Made by a program: the position numbers and the translations under genes
The notes under the pieces: model-generated
Database searches by the model: none
Told to the model about the DNA's origin: nothing
The model's input: only the letters and a program-made list of their open reading frames with translations
DNA from: Octopus vulgaris
Lineage: Eukaryota
NCBI GenBank assembly: GCA_951406725.2
Contig: OX597826.1
Location: 54,374,001 to 54,438,000, forward strand
DNA length: 64,000 bases
Direction of reading: 5' to 3'
Shown here: piece after piece, positions 12,225 through 25,344 of the stretch
Layout: each line of letters begins with the position of its first letter
How positions within the stretch are numbered: position 1 is the first letter of the stretch

Positions 12225-12685
12225 CAGAGACGAAGAACAATACAAGGTGAGGGTCTACGTACAAATGCGGGACCTCCGGCTTTCGTGGACGAACCACCCG
12301 TCGAGGGGGAACGTCTTCGCGCTGATCTGTATGAACAGAGGCTACGATTACGACCTTACCTCAACGCTCGGTATATTTGGATGGGACGGTGCCACCGGGG
12401 CCGCAAGGTAGCCGTACTGTCCCGGGTTCAACGCCGATGCGGATCCACGGCAACAAGTTACGGGCCTATTTGGTCGGTTGTCCCCGAGGGGAGCCCCGAC
12501 CGTGGCCGATCATTCGAGCCCCGGCTTCACGATGGCCGGCGGGACGATTTCGGTACCATTAGTTACCCTCGTACGGGAGGGACCTGCACGAATTGGACGT
12601 ACCATCACGGGCCGCGCCCCCGCTCAAAGGGCGTAAGCTCTCTCACCACGACAAGGTAGTACTCCGGCGCTCTTAGTGTCCAGTT
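12225..12685 (+). mobile_element. GC-rich insert, possibly a LINE (L1/Tx1) ORF1 fragment
   Basis: Abrupt GC/CpG rise; frame-shifted VRVYVQMRDL/PAFVDEPPV, IWMGR and MRIHGNKLRAYLVG resemble Tx1/L1 ORF1 segments. Confidence 0.35.
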
Positions 12686-12904
12686 CACCAAGGCCAGATA
12701 TATACCTAGATACACTTATCCATTGAATGTAGACAATCAGGCGATTACTAACTATAGATCACTGAATCAAAAACCTCGTGTAATAAAGCACTAAATTACA
12801 TTGAACTAAACAGTAAATTAATAATGTACAACAAAAAGATTAATATTAAAAAGTATTTTAAAAATCAAATCAACAGACAAATAAACTGGTTAGCAAGTTA
12901 CACA

Positions 12905-12906
12905 TG

Positions 12907-12990
<84 letters not shown>

Positions 12991-12993
12991 GTA

Positions 12994-13074
<81 letters not shown>

Positions 13075-13117
13075 GTCTATCTATCTATCAATCTATCTGT
13101 CTGTCTCTCTGTCTGTC

Positions 13118-13154
<37 letters not shown>

Positions 13155-13260
13155 ATAACTATCTATCTGTCTGTGTATGTATGCATGTATGTATGTATTC
13201 ACATATGTATGCATGCACATATGTATATATGTATGTAAGTACGTGCGTACTTGTGCATAA
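12905..13260. repeat. (ATCT)n/(GTCT)n microsatellite
   Basis: Directly visible. Confidence 0.95.
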
Positions 13261-13282
13261 GTGTAGTATATAGTTTTATATA

Positions 13283-14050
13283 CACTGGCCAAAATAAGTT
13301 TAAGATCAATAATGACAGTTCTATTCCTTCATTAATTTATTTTTAACAAAACCGTATAAAATTATTTTACTTGTTACAGTTTATGTAGAATTTTTTCCTC
13401 TTTCGAATGATATAGGCATTATATATCTTTCTACAATTCGACTAATTTTAAAACGCAATTAATTCAAATTGTTAGAAATTGTCAGCAAAATAAGTTTAAG
13501 ATCGTACCAACATTATGCAAATTAATAAACCAAATGGTTGGTCATATGGCTGGTCGTACTCCACCGTTTTGTTTAATAATCGAACATTGTTACACATCAA
13601 TTCCCAATGGGAAAGCATCGTAGTATCAGCCCAGTTACTAGAGCAAAGACCGCATTGCTTCATCAGTAAAATGTATCCTTTATGAACAGTAGCAAGCAAT
13701 TAGCATGCAGAAAAATGGCTTGTGTTCAAGCATGGCAGCTTTACCAAGCCACTAGCCAATACAAAGAACGGGCGCTCTGAGAAAAACAACAGTATAGACG
13801 GATCGGCGAATTCATAGGCTATCTGAAGGTAACCGAATTCTAACAGCAGTGGACGTTTGCAAGCAATTATCTGATGAAACTGACAGCAGCTTTACACCAC
13901 AAACTGTCAGAAACCATCTAAAAGAATTTGAACTGTTCGGCCGGGTCGTTCGAAAGAAACTGATAATTTCTGAGACGAACCGGCGGAAGCGGATCAAGTT
14001 TGCCAAAAGCCATATTGAATGGACGGCCGAAGACTGGTCAAAAGTTCTGT
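13283..14050 (+). mobile_element. Tc1-like transposon 5' part (IR/DR type), decayed
   Basis: TA-CACTGG end; direct repeat CAAAATAAGTTTAAGATC at 13290 and 13486; translation DRRIHRLS..TAVDV..TVRNHLKEFELFGRVVRKKLIISETNRRKRIKFAKSHIEWTAEDWSKVL is a Tc1/Tc3 HTH-linker region. Confidence 0.85.
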
Positions 14051-15294
14051 CCGAGTGTACATTTTTTAAAATTCAATGAAATTTAATAGTATTTTAGAAT
14101 GTCTAATGGATTAAAATTATTTTTATGCATTTGTGTACGTTTAAACTAATTAAATATTATTTTACAGAATAATAGAATTAAAATTTATTTGATTAGAACC
14201 CTTTCTAACATGGCAGCATCCAAATAGCATGTAAAGCACATAATGCTTTATGAGTACAAAAAAGGAAACTCTGCAGCCGAAGCGACTCGAAACATACACT
14301 CAGTTTATGGGAAAGAATGCTTGAATGAAAGAATTGTAGAAGAAGGTTTGCAAAATTCAGAAGTCGAGATTCCAGCCTTGAAGGTGAAGATCAAACAGGA
14401 CATCCAGTTGAGTTTGATGATAAGCTCCTTGAGGTATTGAGAAAATCCTGCATCATCAGTTGAAGAATTGGCAATAAAGCTTATTTCAAACCATACAACT
14501 GTTCATCGTCATCTTCAACAACTTGGAAAGGTTCCTCAAGTTGGAAAATGGGTGCCTCATTAATTGTCCGAAAGCAACCGCAAATCCCGAGTTGACATCT
14601 GCTCTTCACACCATTCTCGCGAACTCATTTCACGCTTTTTGGATAGACTTGTGACTGGTGACGAAAAATGGATCTTCTATCGAAATGTTAAAAACGTAAA
14701 CTGTGGCTTGGTAAAAGGGAAAAAGCTCAACCACAACCGAGAAGAGAACTTCATGGAAAAAAAGGTTCTTCTCTCTATCTGGTGGGATTGCAAAGGAGTA
14801 ATTCACTTTGAATTGTTACCACCTAATGCAACAATCAATACTCAAGTCTACTGTCAGCAAGTAGAGCGTTTGAACCAAGCTTTGAAGATGAAAAAAACCC
14901 TCTTTAGTGAATCGAAAAGGAGTGATATTTCATCAGGACAATGCGCGATTCCACACTGCTAAGATCACATCACAGAAGATCGAATAGCTTGGTTGGGAAA
15001 AAATTCCTCATCGACCTTATTCTCCTGACCTTGTTCCTTCAGGCTACCATTTGTTTCGTAGTTTACAGAATCATTTGGGGGACAAAACTTTCCAGGAGGA
15101 GGTCGAAACTGATATTTCAGAGTTCTTCGCTTTGAAACCAAAAGACTTTTACATTGATGGGACTAAAAAGCTTGTAATTAGATGGAGGGAAGTCATAGAT
15201 AATCAGGGAAAGTACATTGATGATTAAATTTCAATTTCATTTGGTCACTTATTTTCTTTATTAAAAATTCGGACAGAACTTATGGGATGACCTG

Positions 15295-15295
<1 letters not shown>
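14042..15295 (+). mobile_element. Mariner transposon, near full length, left TIR truncated
   Basis: Right TIR TCGGACAGAACTTATGGGATGACCTGA followed by TA at 15269-15297; left remnant AAGTTCTGTCCGA at 14042-14054. Confidence 0.92.
14210..15227 (+). pseudogene. Mariner (DD34D) transposase pseudogene
   Basis: Motifs MLYEYKKGNSAAEATRNI, WVPH*L, TGDEKW, SIWWDCKGVIHFELL, HQDNAR, YSPDLVPSGYHLF (third D changed to G) and GKYIDD*; several stops and frameshifts. Confidence 0.92.
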
Positions 15296-15339
<44 letters not shown>

Positions 15340-15539
15340 GTATATATATGTGTGCTGCATATGTATATATGTCTACAAGGCGGTGCCCTAGCATGGCCGC
15401 AAGCTAATGACTAACAGGTAAAACATAATATATATGTGTGTGTGTGTATGTATGTATGTATATATGTGTGTGTGTATGTAGGCGTGCGTGAATATGAATA
15501 ACACACTTACACTTACACACAGACACGCGTACAAACGCG

Positions 15540-15604
<65 letters not shown>

Positions 15605-15849
15605 CGCTGTTCACTTACGGTCTGTATTTAACTCTCAATAAATTGGAACTAAGATGAGGGAACAGATCACTAATTGAAGGAGAGAGACCTGTTAATTTAA
15701 TCATAGAGTTAATCTAAAGCAGTTCTCATTAACACATAATTTATTTATGAATAAATATATGAAATTATTGAACATCGCCACTAAAAGTATAATCATCGTT
15801 CAGCTAACCACTTCACAGTGACTATAATCATGGCTACCATCCACTCTTA

Positions 15850-16011
15850 CTGCAGTCGTCATCATCATCGTCATCGTCACCAGCATCATCATTATCACCG
15901 TCATCATCACAGCCACCGCTTTTATCATTCATCATTGTCATTGTGGCCGCCGCTGCCGCCGTCGTCGTCTCCGTCGTCGTCTCCGTCGTCATCATCATCA
16001 TCGTCATCTTC

Positions 16012-16085
<74 letters not shown>

Positions 16086-16187
16086 CGTCATCATCATCAT
16101 TATCACCGTCATCATCATCACAGCCACCGCTTTTATCATTCATCATTGTCATTGTGGCCGCCGCTGCCGCCGTCGTCGTCATCATCG

Positions 16188-16224
<37 letters not shown>

Positions 16225-16247
16225 CCTCCTCCTCCTCCTCCTCCTCC

Positions 16248-16296
<49 letters not shown>

Positions 16297-16343
16297 CATC
16301 AACATCATCATTGTCATCATCATCATCGTCATCATCATCATCG

Positions 16344-16404
<61 letters not shown>

Positions 16405-16410
16405 TTTGAT
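15850..16410. repeat. (CAT)n microsatellite with an internal ~211-bp tandem duplication
   Basis: CAGCCACCGCTTTTATCATTCATCATTGTCATTGTGGCCGCCGCTGCCGCC occurs at 15910 and 16121. Confidence 0.9.
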
Positions 16411-16439
16411 TACTAGTACCACCATTTTTACTACCTCTA

Positions 16440-16560
16440 CTACATCCGTCATCACCACCACCTGTACCGTTATCACGAGCGTCATCATCTGCATGAGTAC
16501 TTCTCAACCATTTTTTCAGTATGACCCCCACCCCGCCAACCACCATTCCAGTTTTACTCA
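16440..16560. repeat. Interspersed repeat fragment shared with 18350-18460
   Basis: TACATCCGTCATCAC..CACCTGTA.CCGTTATCACG.GCGTCATCATCT..CTTCTCAACCATT present at both sites. Confidence 0.65.
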
Positions 16561-18109
16561 CCTGGACCCCCATGGACATTCGATGTATATAAAACAAGAA
16601 TCTTCCTATTTTAATAGTTGAATATTATTAGGAATTGTATAAAAAGATAAAAATATTTTGTGTATTGTAGAAATATACAGTAACGAAATCTTATATGGAC
16701 ACTTAAGGGCCATACTGACCCCGGACGAGAACCACTTATCTATACCAATAGTCCACTGCTTAACACATTTCGTTCTCCCTGCTCTACCATCACGACCACC
16801 AGTAACAGCTCAGCACTGTCACCATCATCAATACCTCCGCCATGACTACAACAACCACTAGCATTTCAACCATCCTCGGACTAGTACCACAACCTGACCA
16901 CGAACCGAACACGACTACGACCCGATCACGACCACGAGCAATACACTAACCCACACTATCACTAAACGGAACTTAAGTATTGTGTGTTCAAAGGGGCTCT
17001 GTGGAAGCCCCGCCCCCAATCTGCATCTCAGTTGTCGCAACCAGGCTCACTATTGGTTCTGTCCTCTACATCTAATTATGTGTCATATGTGATGAAGTTT
17101 TGTGTGCCTATGCCTGTGTATGTGTGTGTATTTGTGTGGCTGTGTAACAGAGTACTAGCTCACATGAACTACATATTACCCTTATTACACAACAACCCAG
17201 CACAAAGTGAAGGTAATTTCTTGGACGCAAAGGATTTCTTGATGATGACATCACTAGTAACTAAACACGTATTCAAAAATTAATTACGTTTCCATAATTA
17301 TATTTGTATATAACGTTTATCTCCTGAGCTGTATTTGATTAAACGCATTGTTAGGCCCATGAATGCACGCATTAATACAGGGAACAGTAACAAAAGTAAA
17401 ATCTACCAGGCTTATAGTTCTTCACAGATAGTTCAACAATAACGTATTGTGTGCACTAAGGAAGGAAGAAGCAAGCGGTGAACTATTAATTACATGAAAC
17501 CATCATTATTGACTTCGCAACTGTACTAGCTCCACAGCAGTGGCTGTGTTAAACATAGCAGGTTACTCTGTCGCAAATGGTATATACATAAGTGTATACA
17601 TGTATAAACCTCTCTCTGTGTTATTTCTCTCATATTCTTTTCTTATATGTAAGATTGTTCGCTCGTATATATGCATTTATAACTAGTCATTTAAACCGGT
17701 CATTTGCTTAGCAGCGAGTTTGTGACAGAAAACATCTTATTTTGTACGTCGTCCTTTATTCTCCCGGATATCGTGATCATTTGTAGCGTATGAATTAAGA
17801 AGTTCTCTAGTCAATAACTCAAGCTCTGCGAGCTGGTACTCAGCTCCAGGCGAGCTGGTACGTATCCTGTAGCTACAATAATAATAGACCATGGAACTAG
17901 AAGAGTGTCTTGGGTCCGAGATTTGCAAATTTCTCATCAACGGCCAATAAACATTTTCTTTTCTTTTTTCTGACCAAATTGATGTACAGAGAGCAGCTGA
18001 TTTCTGCATGAGAGCATATGTATGTATACATATGTGTATATGTATGCATCTATGTATGTATGCATATATACATGCGAACAATCTTACATACTTATATATT
18101 TACTACCCA

Positions 18110-18325
18110 CAAGGAGCTAAACACATAGAGGAAAAACAAGGACAGACAAACGGATTAAGTCGATTATATAGACCCCAGTGCGTAACTGGTACTTAATTTA
18201 TCGACCCTGAAAGGATGAAAGGCAAAGTCGACCTCGGTGGAATTTGAACTCAGAACGTAGCGGCAGACGAAATACTGCTAAGCATTTCGCCCGGCGCGCT
18301 AACGTTTCTGCCAGCTCGCTGCCTT
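18110..18325 (-). mobile_element. SINE family A
   Basis: Reverse complement of the 5113-5345 copy. Confidence 0.85.
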
Positions 18326-18559
18326 TTTAACAATCTTACATACTTCCTCTATTACATCCGTCATCACTCCCACCTGTAACCGTTATCACGGGCGTCATCA
18401 TCTACATAAATCCTTCTCAACCATTGTTTAAGTATGGATCCCACCGACCACCATCTTTCTGCCCATTTCCTTCATAAACACAACACGTGCTTATACCTGT
18501 CTCCTCTCATAAGCTCATCTTCCTAGCGTTCATAATAATTTTTCTATCGTCCTGGCTTA

Positions 18560-18860
18560 ACTGTCCTCACCATTTGTTTTTACTGTTTTGTTCACACTGT
18601 TCTGTTCTTGTTACCACTTTCACCCTCCGCAAAAAATCCCAAATTTGATTTAATTTCTTTGCGGGAAGGACTGTTTCAACGAGAACGCGTATTGTCCTTG
18701 CCTTCCGAACGCGGAGTGGATGAAACAGGGACAACTGATGAAGGGGAATATTCTTTATGTTGCATGTCTCGAAAAGAAGTTCGTTTTCTATGTTTTTGTT
18801 TTTATGTATTCGTTTCTCATTGTGGTCAACGTTTTTTTGATGTTCTGTACCCATTTATGC
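18560..18860 (+). mobile_element. PLE-type terminal repeat with HHR-like core
   Basis: GTA-TTGTCCTTG...CAGGGACAA-CTGATGA...GAAA at 18689-18774. Confidence 0.4.
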
Positions 18861-18900
18861 ATGTATACATACATACATACATACATACATACACACACAC

Positions 18901-18947
<47 letters not shown>

Positions 18948-19113
18948 TGAGCGCCCAATAATACTTTATTTGTTCCACGTCTTCGCGTTGTTGTGTATTT
19001 TTTGTTTTTTGTGTTTTCTTGTTTGGATTAACTTTATATATATATGTAGGTATGTACATATATGTATGTATATATACATATATTTATATATTATTTATAT
19101 TGTTTTATATTAT

Positions 19114-19178
<65 letters not shown>

Positions 19179-19847
19179 TTAAAATGAGGGTGAAAAATTG
19201 GATATTAATTTGATAACATCAATTTTAACACCAGTGGTCTAGGATATAAATAACTGAGGTTCTGTAAATAGTATTACATACATATAAGAGAGAATTTAAC
19301 ACTATGTGGATACTCTTATTCTAGAAGAAGATCCGCTATGGTCTTAACCACTAAGAATTGTTCTGTAGAAAATTTAGCAAATACCAGAAACGTAAGCGAG
19401 TAAGACAAATGAAAAGTAACAAATCTATATTTTTGTTACATAGCGAATCTTATTCTAGCATAAGGGTTTCAAATCATACCTATTCATTTTATCCTCGGAG
19501 AGTGAATATAACACATATGAACTATACGGAGTTGATTCTTTGTTCAAGCCATACCTACAGTAGAACGATCTTTAGTAATTTCAATTTTGCTGATATTGCA
19601 GTTTCTGTTGAAATCGATGGATTTGGCAAAGTGACACAACAGGATTTGAACTGTCATTGTCTTGACTGATTAGCTTGTCTCGTTTCGCTAATAAATCTGT
19701 CATTCACCACTTTTGTATAGAAATGTATGCGAATATGATGTATACAGACATACACATAAAACACGCCAATATATGTGAATGTGCACGCTTGTATAATGGA
19801 CATAGTATGCAATACAAACATAAGTGTGCTTTTGTCTTTGCACTCAC

Positions 19848-19986
<139 letters not shown>

Positions 19987-20132
19987 TATATTATATATAT
20001 ATATTTTTACACACAATGTATATATGTATATGTGTATTCGTATATATATATATACATACATACATATATGAATACATACATATATACATACATTTATATA
20101 TATATATGTGCATACATCTCTCTATCTATCTA

Positions 20133-20192
<60 letters not shown>

Positions 20193-20554
20193 TGCATATA
20201 TATGTGCCCACGCACTCACACTCACAAACAAACATACACACACGCGCAATCACACAACACAAGTTATATGAGATATTCATCAATTTCCGCTCCACTTTTC
20301 ACATAACTGTGTCATTGCTTTAAAATAATTAAATTTATTTGAATTATTTATTAAGCACTTTTGTGTTAAATGCTTCGCGTATTTTTTGTGGGCGAGTGAA
20401 AATGTGCCACGTGAAACGTATGTCAGTGTTTTATATATCTCAACTGCGCCCATTTCTCTCTCTCTCTCTCTGTCTGTCTGTCTGTCTCTGTATATACTTA
20501 CACACACACACATTTATATATATCGATAGACAGAAATAAATATGTTCTCTCTTT

Positions 20555-20945
20555 TTTTCTCTTTTACTTGTTTCAGTCATTTGACTGCGGCCATGCTGGA
20601 GCACCGCCTTTAATCGAGCAACTCGATCCCGGTACTTATTCTTTTGTAAGCCCAGTACTTATTCTATCGGTCACTTTTGCCGAACCGCTAAGTAACGGGG
20701 ACATAAACCCACCAGCATCGGTTGTCAAGCAATGCTAGGGGCACAAACACAGACACACAAACACACACACACACACACATATATATACATATATACGACG
20801 TGCTTCTTTCAGTTTCCGTCTACCAAATCCATTCACAAGGCTCTGGTCGGCCCGAGGCTATATTAGAAGACACCTGCCCAAGGTGCCACGCAGTGGGACT
20901 GAACCCGGAACCAATGTGGTTGGTAAACAAGCTACTTACCACACA
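20555..20945 (-). mobile_element. SINE family B (tRNA-derived head, internal microsatellite)
   Basis: Reverse complement of 36134-36545. Confidence 0.85.
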
Positions 20946-21356
20946 TAGACATAATGAGACAGAAAGTAGATACATTAATACACAAACACACACACACACT
21001 CATACGAACGCAACACATGTACACACACATACACACACACGCGTGTGTGATGTTTATATTTTCTAATGTGTTGTGTATATTAAAACTGAAATAAGAAGAT
21101 CTGTATATATACCATCGGGTCTAGAACCTCACGGTTTCATCTTATGGATGAAGTGACCATATAGGCTCTTATATTTTTTTGCTTTTGTTGCAAGTAACAA
21201 AGATCACGCTATTTGCACATTAATTTCGTGAGCAGGCGTTCCCTTGATCAGATCAGCTAGAACGCTCGTCGACGTAACCGACGGTGTGCCAATGATCCCT
21301 TTTTTGAAAATGCATGATTAGGCAACGAGAAATTCTTGAGCTTTGGAATCGAGCAT

Positions 21357-21470
21357 AAGAGGTGGTATCAAAAAGTTCGTTGACTAGTTCTGTAGTGTAC
21401 CAACAGATGGCAGCATACGGTTACGTGCCCAGTGAGAGCTAGCAGCGACATTCATGAGGCAGTGAGCCTA
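21357..21470. mobile_element. Mariner-like MITE end
   Basis: GAGGTGGTATCAAAAAGTTC resembles the TIR of the 1368-1571 MITE class. Confidence 0.4.
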
Positions 21471-21624
21471 TTACATGCATACATGCATACACACACACAT
21501 GCACACACATACACACATACACACACAGATATCTGACGCACTTACGTGTGTAGTCCTATATGCATATATGTATATAGCTATTTGTATGTATGCACACAAA
21601 TACGCATGCACATATATGGAGATG

Positions 21625-22490
21625 TATACACGGTTAAGAAGCTTGCTTTGTAAACACGTGGTTTCAGGTTCAGTCCCATTGCGCGGCAACTTGGCCAAGT
21701 GTTTTCTACTACAGCCTCAGTTTGACTAGTACCTTGAGAGGGAATTTGGTAGAAGGAAACTGTGCAGAAGCTCGTCATGTACATATATATGTGTGTGCGT
21801 GTGTGTGTATGTATATTAGTATAAGTATGTGTGTGTATGTATATATGTATATGTGTGTATGTGTGTGTGAAGGCGGCGAGCTGGCAGAAACGTTAGCACG
21901 CCGGGCGAAATGCTTAGCGGTATTTCGTCTGCTGTTACGTTCTGAGTTCAAATTCCGCCGAGATCGACTTTGCCTTTAATCCTTTCGGGGTCGATTTAAT
22001 AAGTACCAGTTACGCACTGGGGTCGATGCAATCGACTTAATCCGATTGTCTGTCCTTGTTTGTCCCCTCTCTGTGTTTAGCCCCTTGTGGGCAATAAAGA
22101 AATAAGAAAGGTTAGCACGCCGGGCGAATTTCGTCTGTTTTTACGTCCTAAGTTCAAATTCCGCCGAGGTCGACTTTGCCTTTCATCCTTTCAGGGTGGA
22201 TAAATTATATACTAGTTGCTTACTGGGGAAGATCTAATTGACTGGCCCCCAACCCCAAAATTTCGGGCCTTGTGCCTAGAATAAAAAAGGTATGTGTGTG
22301 TGTGTGTGTTCATGTTTACGTTTGACAAGTTACGTTGGTTCGTTTAGGCCCACGTAACTTAGTGGTTTAGCAGAGAGAAATACAATAAGTATTAAACTGA
22401 AAAAAAAAGTCTAAGGTCGATAAATTCAACTGAATCCCTAAAGAAAGTGCCACAGCATGGCTAGAATCCAATGATAGAATTAAGGAAAAA
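21625..22490 (+). mobile_element. SINE B head, then SINE A copies (21871-22290), then SINE B 3' remnant (nested)
   Basis: Similarity to the other copies; SINE A sits inside the internal microsatellite of SINE B. Confidence 0.75.
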
Positions 22491-22548
22491 TGAAACTCAA
22501 TATATCTATCTATCTATCTATCTATACATACATACATACATACATACA

Positions 22549-22579
<31 letters not shown>

Positions 22580-22836
22580 GCATATATACGCACATATATA
22601 TATATACACAAATAAACTTGCCTTTGTCTACATACGTACACATCTACATATATATATATATATATATATATATACAAACATATACAAAACACATACATTT
22701 TATATATAAGTATATTTACATATATGTATGTGTGTGTGTGTGTGTGTATATATAAGCGTATATATTTCTGTATGTATAGTTACAAGAGAGGAAGTGAGAG
22801 AGAGAGAGAGAGTGAGAAAGAGAAATAGAGAGAAAA

Positions 22837-22871
<35 letters not shown>

Positions 22872-23097
22872 AAGAGAGAAAGAGAGAGAAGGGGATGGAG
22901 AAATATTGCAAGATAGTGGTATGTCAGTCGCTCCTCATTGGTCAATCATTGTCCAATCTAGTAAGCGCGAGTATATCATAGAAGACCAGAACGTAATCAA
23001 AATCTAATTTAGTTGGCTTAATTATTCATTTAAAAACAAAGGCAGCCAAAATTGTCAATAATAGGACTCGCGCTAACACTTTGCTTGGACACTGTTC

Positions 23098-23148
<51 letters not shown>

Positions 23149-23311
23149 TATAATTGTAATAACTAAAGTTGATTTCTTTATTTGACATAGGGGCATTAGA
23201 GTTGGGGAACATCACAAGGATAGTCACACAAGTTGCATGCGGGTTTACTTAGAAGATGAAAGAAAAGGAAACGAATATGGGATAAGCAAAAATTATATAT
23301 GTGTTTTGTTT

Positions 23312-23610
23312 GTTCCTTCTCAAGCCATGCCCGGCTCATAAGGGCCGGTTTACCGGTTTCCTTGGCGTATAGGTTCCCCACCTGGACCGGACGCCGGCCC
23401 GTCGCAGGTGAGCTGCAAGATGCAGGAGGAAAGGGTGAGAGAAAGTTGTGGCGAAAAAAGTCAGCAGAAGTTCGCCATCACCTTTTGCCGGAGCCGCGTG
23501 GAACTTAGGTGTTTCGCTTATAAACACACACAACGCCCGGTCTGAGATTCGAACCCGCGATCCTTCGACCGCGAGCCCGCTGCTCTAACCACTTGGCCAT
23601 GTGCCTCCAC
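23312..23610 (-). mobile_element. SINE family C (tRNA-derived)
   Basis: Minus head GTGGAGGCACATGGCCAAGTGGTTAGAGCAGCGG...GGGTTCGAATC has A and B boxes; homologous to 32185-32500. Confidence 0.8.
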
Positions 23611-23789
23611 ATAAAAGTATGTATATAGTATACAAAGATATAACTGCATATCTATGATACTGTCGTTCTGAGAAAGGAGCACCTCTAAGTAGGGCCAATC
23701 AAGGAACCCTACAGATTCAAGATTATCCTGACCATCAAATGCATAAGTTGTCCTCCAACTGTTGTTCTGCAATCTACAGATTCATGCTT

Positions 23790-24205
23790 AGAGCAGGCCC
23801 GTTCATCCTAATCATGTTTTGCCGCTGTGTCCCACCTTTTCGCAAATTGATTGGAGCTGGTGGTGGGTAACTCTTCCCTCGTTACTCTCACTTCCCGTTC
23901 TCCAAATAGTCGGAAGGGATTGAGTGAAGAGGAGAGTGTCTGTTTTTAATCCTTTCGGTCAGCCTCGTCCAACACACCAACACACAACCTCTTTCACCAT
24001 AGCCACTAAACAGAGGAATACCGCCTCTTTGTCTTGTTAAAGTAAACCGGAAGGCCGATGCTCACGATAGATTCGGTCGCCGGTGACATTTGTCGTACAC
24101 GCGGCAGAAGCTGTTCCACATAACTCCACAACTCAACAATGCTGGGACACGACACATTTGCCTGCATTTCATCACTTGGCTCGCATTTCGGACAGTCCTT
24201 AAGAC
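23790..24205 (-). mobile_element. Tx1/L1-like LINE ORF2 3' fragment (diverged)
   Basis: Minus translation DCPKCEPSDE..CPSIVELWSYVEQLLPRV..ESIVSI..REVRV..FAKRW aligns by eye with ORF 51992-52513. Confidence 0.7.
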
Positions 24206-24207
24206 CA

Positions 24208-24441
24208 TAATGATGATGATGATGACCGATGATGGTGATGATGATGATGACCTATGATGATTATAACCAACAATAGTGGTGGTGATGATGATGATGATGG
24301 TGATGATGGTGATGATGCTGATGATGGTGATGATGATGATGACCGATGATGATGATTGGGATGACCGATGATGAGGATAATGATGTTGATGATGACCGAC
24401 GATAGTGGTGGTAATGATGATGATGGTGATGATGATTATGG

Positions 24442-24473
<32 letters not shown>

Positions 24474-24615
24474 ATGATGATGATGAGGAGGATAATGATG
24501 ACCGATGATGGTGATGATGATGATGGTGATGATGATAATGATGGTGATGATGATAATGATGACCGATGGTGGTGGTGGTGGTGATGATGATGATGATGAT
24601 GACCGATGATGATGA
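24208..24615. repeat. (GAT)n microsatellite
   Basis: Directly visible. Confidence 0.95.
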
Positions 24616-24699
24616 TTTTTAGAGAAAGTGTCTGATGATTCTACTCCAGGGACTTTGATAACCTGCATCAACAGCAGCAGTTGTAGCTGTAGTATTAGT

Positions 24700-25000
24700 A
24701 TAGTAGAACCTCGGTTTACGAACGCGTCTCTTCACGGACACATCAGTTTACGAAAGATTTTTCGAACATAAAACGTCTCGGGTGACGAACGGTGTCTCCA
24801 GTAACGAACACGCAAGCCGGCAACAACGGTTGACATCAAGCTGAGAGTATCAGCGGGAGACCATCAGTTGCTGTCTAGCTTTCACCCAGTGCAAATCCTT
24901 GCTTGAATTCGCTGTGCTTTCTCTTGAATTTCCTAAGGGAAGAACAATTTCGGTTTACGAACATTTCAGGTGATGAACGGTCTTCAGGAACGAATTAAAA
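24700..25000. mobile_element. Tigger/pogo-like non-autonomous DNA transposon fragment
   Basis: End sequence TAGTAGAACCTCGGTTTACGAAC and repeated TTTACGAA/GACGAAC subterminal motifs. Confidence 0.5.
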
Positions 25001-25140
25001 GTACATTATTTACATTTGACGGATATTTGTTCTCATCTTGTTTGTTAACAAAACGTTTCGGCTGATATACCCTCCAACCTTCATCAGGTGTCTTGAGGAA
25101 ATTTCGAACCTGGGTTCTCATTCCTAAGGTATTTTTCGAT
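25000..25140 (-). ncRNA. Minimal type I hammerhead ribozyme motif in a PLE-type terminal repeat
   Basis: Minus GACAC-CUGAUGA-A-GGUUG...CAGCC-GAAACGUU-UUGUU (core 25045-25092); palindromic AACGUU stem III. Confidence 0.6.
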
Positions 25141-25156
25141 GTTGTTGTTGTTGTTG

Positions 25157-25230
<74 letters not shown>

Positions 25231-25344
25231 TGTAGTAGTAGTATTCAGGTCACTGCCTGGAATCGAACTCGGAATGTTGGGGTTAATAGCCCGCGCTCTT
25301 AACCACTATGCCATATGCCCGTGACCTGAATAATAATAATGATA

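Noticed and set aside
16975-17045. Hairpin GGGGCTC..AGCCCC with CTGA nearby on the minus strand as an HHR
   Set aside because: Neither CUGANGA nor GAAA is present in correct form.
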